Shown piece after piece: positions 1 to 8,870 of a stretch of DNA of 64,000 bases. Origin of the DNA: Promethearchaeota archaeon. Its GTDB lineage: Archaea; Asgardarchaeota; Hermodarchaeia; Hermodarchaeales; Hermodarchaeaceae. The translations under genes were made by a program, and so were the position numbers. Location of the stretch: assembly GCA_048938295.1 (NCBI GenBank), contig JBHLMI010000002.1:7279-71278 (forward strand), written 5' to 3'. The notes beneath the pieces were generated by a model that saw only the letters and a program-made list of their open reading frames with translations, was not told where the DNA came from and did no database searches. Every line of letters begins with the position of its first letter. Within the stretch, counting starts at the first letter, position 1.

Positions 1-1922
1 TGTGGATCATCGATTACGATATTTGTGACCCTGAATTTACCTCGATAATATTCGACTAAGGCAGGAACCAGAAGGAGATTGGGATTTGCTTTTTGTGGCT
101 GTTCAACATCTTCTCGGAATAAGAGGACTTTTTCCAGATCGGAGAGAACCCATTTTGGATGGGAAATTTCCACCTGCCAATACTCGATTCCTAACTCAGT
201 GACTTCTGAGAAGGTTACACCTATGGTGGTTGAACCTCCACCGACTTGAGTCATGACTAACTGGAAGAGAGGTCGAAAGATTTGTGTAACATACTCATTC
301 ACCAAAACGAATGCCTTACTCCCGGGAAGGGAAAGTGAGATTTGACTAACGGATTCGGGGAAGAGTGTGTGTAATTCATTGATGATTTGAGTAATCACAG
401 ACCCCAAATCGGTTCGGCTAAACTCAGGTAATGCCTGAATATCGACGAGCCGCAGCAATTGGACGCTTTGGAGAATATTTTGAATTTTGTTTATTTCGGA
501 ATGTATCAGGTTCAGGACCTCCAATCGTTCCTCTGGATTGGATGTGCTCTGACCAACTTCGCTGAGGCTTAGAATGGATTGCAGCCCACTTGTGATCGAG
601 TTATTGAGAATGCCCAGATAATAGTCAAGTTTGACTAACTGGGATTTAGAAGGAGCTTGAGGACGCCTTTCAATAACTGTGAATCGGCGTAGCTCTGTAC
701 GTACACGACTTAATACATTAAGGATGTTTGTGAAATTATCTGAAATCCCCTGAAGTTCCGTGAAAACCAAACCAGCCGGCTCCTGGTATGAAATCAATCC
801 TGGCTCCGTGACCGCACTGGTTTCTATTTCAAGCTGTTCTAGAGGCTGATAAATCAACCGAGCAAAGAAGTACCCAATTCCTCCAACTATTAGTCCAACT
901 ATTACGAATCCAATGAGTAACCCGATGCCAATGCTTTGCAACGCGAACATGGCATCCATGGGGCTTAAAAAAACCAAAAGCACATGACTAGTCAAAGAAA
1001 CCGTTATAGTGGCGATGAGTGTCATCACCACGAGCAAAGAAAGGAGTAAGAGAACCCGAGTGATATCTTCGTATTTCACAGACATGGGACGAATGGTGGC
1101 CATGTTCTCGAGAGTCTTTCCAAAAATAGTCAATACTGAAATGAGAAAGAAAAAGATGGCGAAGAGTGTGACCGAATCCGATAGCGACCCGGCATAATAG
1201 AAGACTGAAACTGCTTGCCAGCTCATGGCATACTGGTAAGCAAAGGCGGTATAGCCAAGGATGAGGAAAAGACTAGAAACCACTAGCATCAAGCGGCTGA
1301 ATCGGCTAATGACCTCTTGTGATGGATCCGTGTTGAAGTAAAAAGCCCAAGCAAAGATGGCAGTAAAGAAACCAAGAAGGATTCGCACGCCTGTTCCAAT
1401 AGCTGGAAGGATTGGCGGTTCGAAGATGAGATTCATCTGATAAGTCGACAAGATGCACGCTGCAAAGAAGAAGGTGATTAGTAGGTAGCCGGTGATTTGC
1501 TGTTTGGACCGCCTACGCTGTTCAACTGAAACCACGATGAATCCCACAAGTAGGATCAGATTTGCTATGATAGTGATATAGGCCGAGACGTTTGGGTACA
1601 TGATTGGAAAGCCAAAAAAGACGGTTTCAATTAGAAGCCAATAATGTGCCAGGGCACCCAAGAAACTCGCCCCGGCTACAATAAAGACCAATCGTCTAGC
1701 AGCCTGATTATGAAATCCTCGAAGAGCCAAGCATACTCCAAAAATCGTCAAGAATACCATGATGTAGGCATTGATGAGATAGACCCCAGCAATTTGGGGT
1801 GTAAAGAATCCAATGACAAGTGGAAGCACCGCGAGAAGGAATGCAATTGGTGTTGCAATCGCTACGAGTTTTTGGTTATAGCTTCGAAACCAGCGACTGC
1901 CTTGAAGCTTTTCTAACACCAC
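1..1922 (-). CDS. Polytopic membrane protein with cytoplasmic C-terminal domain (putative sensor or histidine-kinase-like), partial; runs off the window start
   Basis: Reverse-complement reading of 1-1970 gives an uninterrupted frame that is not in the ORF track because it has no stop inside the window. It encodes at least 10 hydrophobic helices followed by a soluble region (..LNLIHSEINKIQNILQSVQLLRLVD..). Candidate starts are GTG at 1922 or 1919, or TTG at 1946; a TAG lies in frame at 1971-1973. The + strand ORFs 1009-1197 and 1644-1916 are antisense shadows of this frame. Confidence 0.6.
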   Translation of the reverse strand, partial: MVLEKLQGSRWFRSYNQKLVAIATPIAFLLAVLPLVIGFFTPQIAGVYLINAYIMVFLTIFGVCLALRGFHNQAARRLVFIVAGASFLGALAHYWLLIETVFFGFPIMYPNVSAYITIIANLILLVGFIVVSVEQRRRSKQQITGYLLITFFFAACILSTYQMNLIFEPPILPAIGTGVRILLGFFTAIFAWAFYFNTDPSQEVISRFSRLMLVVSSLFLILGYTAFAYQYAMSWQAVSVFYYAGSLSDSVTLFAIFFFLISVLTIFGKTLENMATIRPMSVKYEDITRVLLLLSLLVVMTLIATITVSLTSHVLLVFLSPMDAMFALQSIGIGLLIGFVIVGLIVGGIGYFFARLIYQPLEQLEIETSAVTEPGLISYQEPAGLVFTELQGISDNFTNILNVLSRVRTELRRFTVIERRPQAPSKSQLVKLDYYLGILNNSITSGLQSILSLSEVGQSTSNPEERLEVLNLIHSEINKIQNILQSVQLLRLVDIQALPEFSRTDLGSVITQIINELHTLFPESVSQISLSLPGSKAFVLVNEYVTQIFRPLFQLVMTQVGGGSTTIGVTFSEVTELGIEYWQVEISHPKWVLSDLEKVLLFREDVEQPQKANPNLLLVPALVEYYRGKFRVTNIVIDDP

Positions 1923-2043
1923 ACCCGCACTTCCAGACCAAAACAATAGAAAGGAGGAACGAATCTCAAGCTAAAAAGGTTTTTACCTCAGGGTAAGTGG
2001 GCGTGAAGAAAAAGAGGATAAAACCTAGCGATTGAGAAGAGGG

Positions 2044-3252
2044 CTAGTTTTCTGTAGGATTTAGGGAACAGACTTCCAAGAGAGTTTGCTGGAACTTGTC
2101 TAAGGTTTGCTGGAAGTCATCACGGACTTCAAGGTATAAATGATTGCGTTGCAGTTCCATGGTGTACAAAATTTGGACTAACTCACTTTGAAGAAAATTA
2201 GCAATTTCCCGATAAGCATCGACTAGAGTAAGCATCTGTTGGGAATATGCGCTATACTCTAAGAATAAGGAATACGCCTGCGAAACGCCTAGGAGCATAC
2301 CCTGACAATCCCGGATGTGCGATTCATAAGTCTTCAAGGACGCTCCCTGACGTATCCTGTCCCGCATCTCTAGTAATTCTAGATGCGAGCCTTCAAAGAT
2401 GCTCGAAAATAATGTGGTGTGATGGCGTTCATAGATCCACCGGGTGCGATTCGAAAGGCTGACATGCTCTTTAAAGAGTTCGTGGACAGCCTTGAAGGAA
2501 GTAATCTTTTGGTCAAATTCTTCCAGTTCTGCTGTACCAAAATATCCTGCTGACTCGGTAAGAATGAATGCAGGATGGTTCTGTGCATCCGTGACAAAGA
2601 ACTCGACCGCTTCCACTATGTGGTTTACCTTTTTGTTCAAATCTTCATTAGCTAATGCTGTTTCCACTTTTGCATATCCATCTAGTCGTAGCTGTATCGA
2701 TTCATCTGATGTTGCATACTGGAGTACATCACAAAAACGTTGCATGCTTTCACTGTAGGTTTGCTCCACGGCTTCCATCAGTTTTGGCAGGTAGTCAGCT
2801 AATCGCTTGATATTGCGTTCTACAGCTTGAAATTCATCGAGAAACTGGCGAAGAAACCAATCTACACCCTTTTGATCTAAATCATTGATCTGAATCTTTA
2901 CCCGTGGGTCACTAGATGCACGAACCATTTCAGCGAACATGCGGTGGTCAGTTATTCCGATAGATGCAAAGAGCGTTTCCATACTTCGACGAACGCTCCG
3001 ATAATAAGCATAATAAATTAATAAATTATCGACATATTCGTCAATGTATCCGATTAATGCGTTTGTATCTACTAAATGATGTTTGAGCTCAGGAGATTTT
3101 TCCTGAAAATACCGGATGAGCCGTTGATTGGCGTGTTCTTCAATTACTCTGGTTCGTTCATCATACTTCTCACTTAGGGTCAGATATTGCTCGAGGAGTT
3201 CCCAGATTAGTGCGGGTGTTTTAATTCCTGAATCTGAAGCATTTTCATTCAT
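2044..3252 (-). CDS. Hypothetical all-helical protein, first of the Rab-like GTPase neighbourhood
   Basis: 402 aa ORF with no recognisable catalytic motif and predicted to be all alpha-helical. It ends 37 nt upstream of the GTPase gene on the same strand. Confidence 0.6.
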   Translation of the reverse strand: MNENASDSGIKTPALIWELLEQYLTLSEKYDERTRVIEEHANQRLIRYFQEKSPELKHHLVDTNALIGYIDEYVDNLLIYYAYYRSVRRSMETLFASIGITDHRMFAEMVRASSDPRVKIQINDLDQKGVDWFLRQFLDEFQAVERNIKRLADYLPKLMEAVEQTYSESMQRFCDVLQYATSDESIQLRLDGYAKVETALANEDLNKKVNHIVEAVEFFVTDAQNHPAFILTESAGYFGTAELEEFDQKITSFKAVHELFKEHVSLSNRTRWIYERHHTTLFSSIFEGSHLELLEMRDRIRQGASLKTYESHIRDCQGMLLGVSQAYSLFLEYSAYSQQMLTLVDAYREIANFLQSELVQILYTMELQRNHLYLEVRDDFQQTLDKFQQTLLEVCSLNPTEN

Positions 3253-3289
3253 CAGGCTTCGACCTGGGCGTTAATGACATATGTTCCTG

Positions 3290-3838
3290 CTATTCCTTTG
3301 ACCCTTCTTTGGCAAGTTCATTAGAAAGAATAAGTTCTGCAAGCTTGTGAAAGACCTCATTGACGCCGTAATCAGTTTTCGCACTGGTTTCAAAATATTG
3401 CATTCCTTTTTGAGATGCATAAACACGCAGTTCATCTGTAGTAATGACCCTGGACTCGAGCAGGTCAATTTTATTCCCTACCAAGACGATTGGCACATCT
3501 GGACCTGAAAACTTGTGAATTTGTTCTAGCCATTTATCAACATTAACAAAGCTTTGTCGCACGGTGATGTCAAAGACCAAAAGGGCTCCTCTCGCACCTC
3601 GGTAGTAGATGGGCCTAACGCCTGCGTACCGCTCTTGTCCTGCTGTATCCCATGCTTGGAGCTTAACAATATAGTTGTTTAGGGGTAGGGATTTAACAAT
3701 GAAATCAACGCCGAGAGTTGAAATGTAGCCATCGGTAAATGTTCCATAAGCGAACCGTGTCGTGAGACTGGTTTTACCGACTTCAGCGTCACCAACGAGT
3801 ACTACTTTGAATAGATAATCAAATGCATCGTGTGACAT
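3290..3838 (-). CDS. Rab-family-like small GTPase (eukaryotic signature protein type)
   Basis: G1 GDAEVGKTS. Switch I YISTLGVDF (Rab TIGVDF-type). G3 WDTAGQERY. G4 GNKIDL (NKxD). G5 ETSAK. There are no C-terminal prenylation cysteines. Confidence 0.9.
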   Translation of the reverse strand: MSHDAFDYLFKVVLVGDAEVGKTSLTTRFAYGTFTDGYISTLGVDFIVKSLPLNNYIVKLQAWDTAGQERYAGVRPIYYRGARGALLVFDITVRQSFVNVDKWLEQIHKFSGPDVPIVLVGNKIDLLESRVITTDELRVYASQKGMQYFETSAKTDYGVNEVFHKLAELILSNELAKEGSKE

Positions 3839-3954
3839 GGGCTGGTCCCGGCAGCAGGTTTTTCTACTTCTAATTCAGTGGAAGTGTCACTTAAAGATAT
3901 GTGTCTCTAAGCAGTTTAGGTGGATTCTTGCAAAATTCTGTTTGAAAAGAATCA

Positions 3955-5115
3955 TTAGGGAGGTAGGTACTCATATCCACGGTACCCTTTACGTCGCTGT
4001 ATTTTTTGCATGTCATATAATTTTTTGAGCTCATTGGACGCAGTGCCTTTCGTGATGCCAATTTCTTCAGCTACGACTGCTGATGTGACTCGTTTCAGTT
4101 CTTTTGTTATGGTTATAATTTCCCGTTGAGTGGCGGTGAGTTCATCGAACTCTTCGAACCAAATCTCGTCTTCCTCTTCTGGACTCGTTTCAATAAATCG
4201 TGTCTGATCTATAGTACTGGGTGCTAGCGTGGTAACCGGTGGTGGACTGGGTCGCTGTTTGATGACTTGTTGCACAAATTCCCGCGTGATGCGGTCTCCG
4301 GCAGGTGTATCGTCTTGAAAGGCTAGAGAGATTATATTTTCACAGAATCGTAAAGTACTGCGTGGAAAACCACGAGTATGGAGATGAATTTCTTCAATAG
4401 CCTCAGCGTTGAAGGGCGTCAGTCCTTTTCCACCAAAATGCTGGATGCGTTCGCGGATGAGCTGCTCTGTTTCTTTGGCTGTTAGGATTTCGATGCCTTC
4501 AGGACCTTCGGTCTCTAAGGCGAATTCTAATGTGACTCGTTCCGCTATCGGTGGAAAGATACTTGTTAGAGCTCTAGAGAATCCAGTTAGGCCAGCCATG
4601 AATACTACAACGGCAGGTAAATCGCTCAGAACCCGTAACCATCGGACGGTTTTCCGCTTCTCCGTTTCGATGGTCTCTGAATCGTCATGTGTCAATGCAA
4701 GTGACTGACTATCATCAATTAGCAGGACGATCCGTTGGTTACTTTGTTGGTGGAACTCATGAACCTTAGCTGCCATTGCATCGACGAGCGTGGGAACGAT
4801 TTTATTTTTTGCCATGAAGTGGTGATTCATCAGTGAAATCAATGCGTTGCTTAATATCGATGAGTTCAAGGGTTCAGAAATGAGAAGAGGAATCATACCC
4901 TTGGATTTCGCCAGAGAATCATTTAACCACCGCAGTATGTGGGTTTTCCCGGTTCCACGGCCTCCTTCGATGAGAATGATGTTGCCGGTTCGCAGTTGAA
5001 TTGTCAAGGGAGTGAGTAATCGTTTTTGCCCAGCGAAGACTTCGGGCAGAACATCAATACGAAATGGAAAATCCGACCAGCCTAGACTCTTCAATCGCTC
5101 GTCGAAAGCGAACAT
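3955..5115 (-). CDS. AAA+ ATPase with C-terminal winged-helix domain (Orc1/Cdc6-like or archaeal-ATPase PF01637-like)
   Basis: Walker A IEGGRGTGKTHIL. Walker B VLLIDDSQ. A helical lid and a C-terminal wHTH-like segment (..ITKELKRVTSAVVAEEIGITKGTASNELKKLYDMQKI..). Confidence 0.6.
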   Translation of the reverse strand: MFAFDERLKSLGWSDFPFRIDVLPEVFAGQKRLLTPLTIQLRTGNIILIEGGRGTGKTHILRWLNDSLAKSKGMIPLLISEPLNSSILSNALISLMNHHFMAKNKIVPTLVDAMAAKVHEFHQQSNQRIVLLIDDSQSLALTHDDSETIETEKRKTVRWLRVLSDLPAVVVFMAGLTGFSRALTSIFPPIAERVTLEFALETEGPEGIEILTAKETEQLIRERIQHFGGKGLTPFNAEAIEEIHLHTRGFPRSTLRFCENIISLAFQDDTPAGDRITREFVQQVIKQRPSPPPVTTLAPSTIDQTRFIETSPEEEDEIWFEEFDELTATQREIITITKELKRVTSAVVAEEIGITKGTASNELKKLYDMQKIQRRKGYRGYEYLPP

Positions 5116-5189
5116 CTTTCATCACCTGTAGTGGAAGGTTTTTTTCATTCTGATTGTTTGTTTACACGCTTCTCCCAGATACTTTTCAG

Positions 5190-5471
5190 CTATGCATCAG
5201 ATGAGACACCGTCACCCATTCGGCCCAAGAAATTGTTGTAGGCAAAGGGACAGACGACTTCGATGCCACCAGTAGGATCAAAGATAACCATCTCCTTTCC
5301 GATAGGGCAGAAGAGAGCACAGTAGCCACCATCTACCAGGTGTCCATTACGTTGACACTCGAAGGTCCTAGCAGTGGGGGTAATTAGTTCCAGGACTGTG
5401 GTCGAATCAAATTGTGTAACTGCTTCTTGGAGTCGTAATTTGGGTTGAAGCGCTTTGGCTTTATCACTCAC
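5190..5471 (-). CDS. Small four-cysteine protein of unknown function
   Basis: 93 aa with Cys at C39, C51 (..DGGYCALFCPIG..), C55 and C74 (..VVCPF..). Its start overlaps the stop of the upstream 67-aa ORF by 4 nt. Confidence 0.45.
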   Translation of the reverse strand: MSDKAKALQPKLRLQEAVTQFDSTTVLELITPTARTFECQRNGHLVDGGYCALFCPIGKEMVIFDPTGGIEVVCPFAYNNFLGRMGDGVSSDA

Positions 5472-5671
5472 GCATTCCTCACTCCTCTATTTCGTTTGGC
5501 CAGTGATTCATCTTCGCGTAGTTGTGCAATCGTTCGAGCAATCCGAACACGCAGCGTCGCCGTCACCAAAGGCATTGCCTCCTTGAGCTGCTCCTCTATG
5601 CTGGGAGCTTGGAGACGGGCCATCGCGTCCGGATGAGCTCTCCCAGACGCTGACGCTTTTTCGGTTGCCAT
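5468..5671 (-). CDS. Small hypothetical protein, possibly ribbon-helix-helix-like
   Basis: 67 aa ORF translationally coupled to the 93-aa ORF. The segment ..MPLVTATLRVRIARTIAQLRED.. could form an RHH-like strand plus helix. Confidence 0.35.
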   Translation of the reverse strand: MATEKASASGRAHPDAMARLQAPSIEEQLKEAMPLVTATLRVRIARTIAQLREDESLAKRNRGVRNA

Positions 5672-6018
5672 CGCTCACGTTACCTCATTGAGTTTCATTG
5701 ATAGTCATTCATCTTCATTTCACCGCATATAAAGCTTCGCATGTTTTCTCCACGTCGTCTATGCGGTTTAGAAAAGCACATAATGAAGATCAGGAAGGAA
5801 AATTTCTGCTCCAGTACAAATAGGACATAGAAGAGAATTCCATAAAAAAGCCTTGAAACGGTTATTTTTTGAAAAATAAAATTAAGTCGGTCATTATATA
5901 ATCGAAATGAACATTAAAACGCCCAGAATAGTAGCTGTTTACTGGCGCGTCTTGGCTTCGATCTCGTTAGTGAAAGACAATGCGCGCCATTCCAGTTCGA
6001 TTATAAAATTCCGAAGGC

Positions 6019-7068
6019 TCAGTCATTTTCGCCTTCAGGAATTGTTTCCATATCAGGTTCTGTTGGATGTGCAAGAATGGATTCCTGAGAGAGATAAGTG
6101 AGAAGACGGAACCGTTCAGAGTCGAGGTGAAGGAGGATTCGTAGGTGTTCCAGGGTGAAATGCGGGGCACTTCGACGGAAGTCAAGGAAATTGGTTAATT
6201 GGGCGCGGAGGGTATCCAGCTGAAGCTCAAGCAGCTTAGCTTGGAGTGCGGGATCATCTTTGGCTAACTCTAAGGCTTGTTTTGCTAAGTCCATTCCTGG
6301 TTGGTTGAAGGGTGCGATGAAAACGGGTGATTTCTTTGTGAGATTTACGAACAGGTAGTGTTCAAGGTTTTCAGGGGTGGTAAGGCTGCGGTAGACCTTT
6401 TCGGAAACACCGAGAAGTGTGGGACGTTTACGTCGTTGATCTATCCGGCTTTCAAGAATCCCCTGAGCAGTCTCAAGATCCGTGATTCCTGGCATGTTAG
6501 GAACAGTAAATGGGAGCACGTTATCGATGGCTTCGCTGAGTTCTTCGAATTTCTTTTTCTTGGCTCCGGTAATGATGATGGCGTTTCCTACGAGGATATT
6601 GAGGAGCACTATGTCTAGTGTGTCTTCGAATACCTCAAGAATGTATTCAGTGGATGAAATCCGGCGTTGGGCGACTTGGGAGCGCTCGTTATGGGCGATG
6701 AGGGCTTCATTAATGATCGGTAGGAAACTTTGGAAGGGTTTCACATCTCCATTCCATTTTTTGATTAGCGATTCATATTGAGCATAGAAGAGGACGTTCA
6801 GGCTGTGTAGTACGGCTTGAACTTCTAGTTCGTCGGCGTTTCCATCAGCGAGACCCACAGTGATTAGCGGGTCATAGACATCATAGTGGAAGCGGTATTC
6901 ACCAGCGCCGATGGTGGAAATTTCTTCTGAGATAGCTTCATGGCCAAATTCACGGATTGCAGTGAGGAGCCCTGTGAGAAGTGTTTGTTCTAGCTTCACC
7001 ACAGGTGAGGTGTGGGAGACAAGGGTTTCGCCGGATCCTAGGAAAATGAATACCGAGTGCATTGTCAT
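6019..7068 (-). CDS. Longin-like domain protein with uncharacterised C-terminal region
   Basis: The N-terminal ~110 aa show a beta-beta-alpha-beta-beta-alpha pattern (SVFIFL / TLVSHT / KLEQTLLTGLLTAIREFG / EISTIGAGEYRFHYDVY / LITVGLADGN / helix), typical of the longin (roadblock-related) fold. The remainder is mixed alpha/beta with no motif I recognise. Confidence 0.5.
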   Translation of the reverse strand: MTMHSVFIFLGSGETLVSHTSPVVKLEQTLLTGLLTAIREFGHEAISEEISTIGAGEYRFHYDVYDPLITVGLADGNADELEVQAVLHSLNVLFYAQYESLIKKWNGDVKPFQSFLPIINEALIAHNERSQVAQRRISSTEYILEVFEDTLDIVLLNILVGNAIIITGAKKKKFEELSEAIDNVLPFTVPNMPGITDLETAQGILESRIDQRRKRPTLLGVSEKVYRSLTTPENLEHYLFVNLTKKSPVFIAPFNQPGMDLAKQALELAKDDPALQAKLLELQLDTLRAQLTNFLDFRRSAPHFTLEHLRILLHLDSERFRLLTYLSQESILAHPTEPDMETIPEGEND

Positions 7069-7257
7069 AGAATCTACCGCCCAAATGCCAAGTTCCCTTC
7101 TGTATGCTGGGAGTTTAGCCTTTGTCTGAAGGCAATTAAAGGTTTCTACGATTGGAGAGACGCATTTTCAATACATAAGGGAAATGGTCACTAATCTTAA
7201 ATCAAACATCAGTATGAAACACCACAATAGAGTCATGCAAATTCTGGTGATACAAAA

Positions 7258-8325
7258 ATGTCTGACGAGGTACTTCGCACCACCCTACGAAAGTTATCCG
7301 AAGCGGTTGGTGTCTCGGGTTTTGAAGCTGATGCACGTGATGTCATTCATAAGGAGATAGAATCTCTTGTGGACGAAGTGTGGGTTGATCCTCTGGGGAA
7401 TCTCCTTGCGATTCGTAAGGGTAAACAGGAGAACCCACGCATTTTACTTGATGCACACACAGATGAGATTGGGTTTATGGTTAGCTATATCCATGAGCAA
7501 GGGTTTCTACGATTTACACCAATTGGCGGTTGGGATCCGCGAATTCTGCCTGGTCATCGTGCGATTATTAGACCACTGGGAACTAAGCCTTCAGTTCAGG
7601 TGTTCGGAGTCATTGGGGCAACACCACCTCATCTGACAACCGCGAAACAGCGAGAAACAGTGATAGCCATCGATGACCTCTACGTCGATATTGGCGTATC
7701 TTCTGAAAAAGCCGTTAAAGCAGTGGGTATTCGAGTCGGCACTCCATTGACTATCTGGCAACCCTTCATTGAACTGCCCGATGATTCTGTTTCTGGCAAA
7801 GCCTTCGATGATCGCGTGGGTTGTTTAGTCATCATTGAAGTCTTAAGACGATTAGCGAAAGCCCGAGATCATACAGCTACAATTGCTGTGAATTTCGCAG
7901 TTTGCGAAGAAGTCGGAGCCCGTGGGGCCCAAACGGGAGCTTACACCCTAGCACCTGATGTTGCACTTGCCCTTGAGTGTACATCAGCAGGTGACATGCC
8001 TGGAATTCCAAAACACAAATCCCCCACCGCCTTAGGAAAAGGACCCGCGCTTACCGTCGCAGACCGTACTCTCATCGCTCACCCCAAGGTCCTTGAATCA
8101 TTGGAAAAAATTGCGAATAGTTTGAAGATTCCTTACCAATATAAACAGCCCTTGGGTGGCGGCACCGATGGAGGTCCGATTTCTCAGAGTAAGCAAGGAG
8201 TACCAACGGGTGTGGTTTCTGTACCGTGCCGATACATTCATTCCGCCATTTCCCTACTCCAATTGAGTGACATCAAAGCCACCATTGATTTAGTTCATGG
8301 CTTTACACAAAAATGGAAAAAATAG
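7258..8325 (+). CDS. M42 family metallopeptidase (glutamyl aminopeptidase / FrvX-like)
   Basis: LDAHTDEIGFMV and a downstream Asp/Glu/His metal-ligand pattern typical of M42. Confidence 0.8.
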   Translation: MSDEVLRTTLRKLSEAVGVSGFEADARDVIHKEIESLVDEVWVDPLGNLLAIRKGKQENPRILLDAHTDEIGFMVSYIHEQGFLRFTPIGGWDPRILPGHRAIIRPLGTKPSVQVFGVIGATPPHLTTAKQRETVIAIDDLYVDIGVSSEKAVKAVGIRVGTPLTIWQPFIELPDDSVSGKAFDDRVGCLVIIEVLRRLAKARDHTATIAVNFAVCEEVGARGAQTGAYTLAPDVALALECTSAGDMPGIPKHKSPTALGKGPALTVADRTLIAHPKVLESLEKIANSLKIPYQYKQPLGGGTDGGPISQSKQGVPTGVVSVPCRYIHSAISLLQLSDIKATIDLVHGFTQKWKK

Positions 8326-8767
8326 GAGGTACAATAGGCTGAACATCCCTACTATAGAAGACCTGCTGAGAGGCGAAAATAGCATCTTCTTAGCCACAGC
8401 TGAAGATGATCAACCTCGAGTACGCCCAGTGACACTTGTCGAGAATAATGGAGAACTATATGTCTTAACTGGTACTGCAGATGCGAAAGTTGAACAGATT
8501 AAACAGAATGAAAAGATCGAAGTTGTTCGACTGATTCGCTTCGAGGAAGGGGGAGGATATGTGCGGTTCAGCGGACTTGCGAAGATTATCACAGACAAAA
8601 TCACTCGTAGTCGACTAGCCAAAGAGACGTCGTTTTTTTCCAATTACTTCAAATCTGCCGATGATCTAAAATTTACGCTTCTACACCTAATTCCGAAAAA
8701 GATTGAATACATGAAACCAGGCCAGATGTATCCAGATCCCGTCGAAAAACTTGATTTCACAAGGTAG
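8297..8767 (+). CDS. Pyridoxamine 5'-phosphate oxidase-like FMN-binding split-barrel protein
   Basis: ..RVRPVTLVENNGELYVLTGTADAKVEQIKQNEKIEVV.. matches a PNPOx-like barrel. The ATG at 8297 overlaps the upstream gene by 29 nt, and an AGGAGG lies inside that overlap, so the start is uncertain. Confidence 0.6.
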   Translation: MALHKNGKNRRYNRLNIPTIEDLLRGENSIFLATAEDDQPRVRPVTLVENNGELYVLTGTADAKVEQIKQNEKIEVVRLIRFEEGGGYVRFSGLAKIITDKITRSRLAKETSFFSNYFKSADDLKFTLLHLIPKKIEYMKPGQMYPDPVEKLDFTR

Positions 8768-8870
8768 AAGCTGGAATCTAGTAAGCAGAGTAACCTATTT
8801 CAGGGAGAGTTAGTACTGTTCTTTAACCGGGATTATTTGCGGCAAAGATGGTTCTGGTTCAGGAACCGGT

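Noticed and set aside
1009-1916. Plus-strand ORFs 1009-1197 and 1644-1916
   Set aside because: They lie antisense within the long uninterrupted minus-strand membrane-protein frame and have low-complexity composition with no motifs, so they are shadow ORFs.
2044-3252. TBC-type Rab-GAP assignment for the 402-aa helical protein next to the Rab-like GTPase
   Set aside because: I could not find the IxxDxxR arginine-finger or YxQ glutamine-finger motifs, so the idea rests on position alone. I left the protein as hypothetical.
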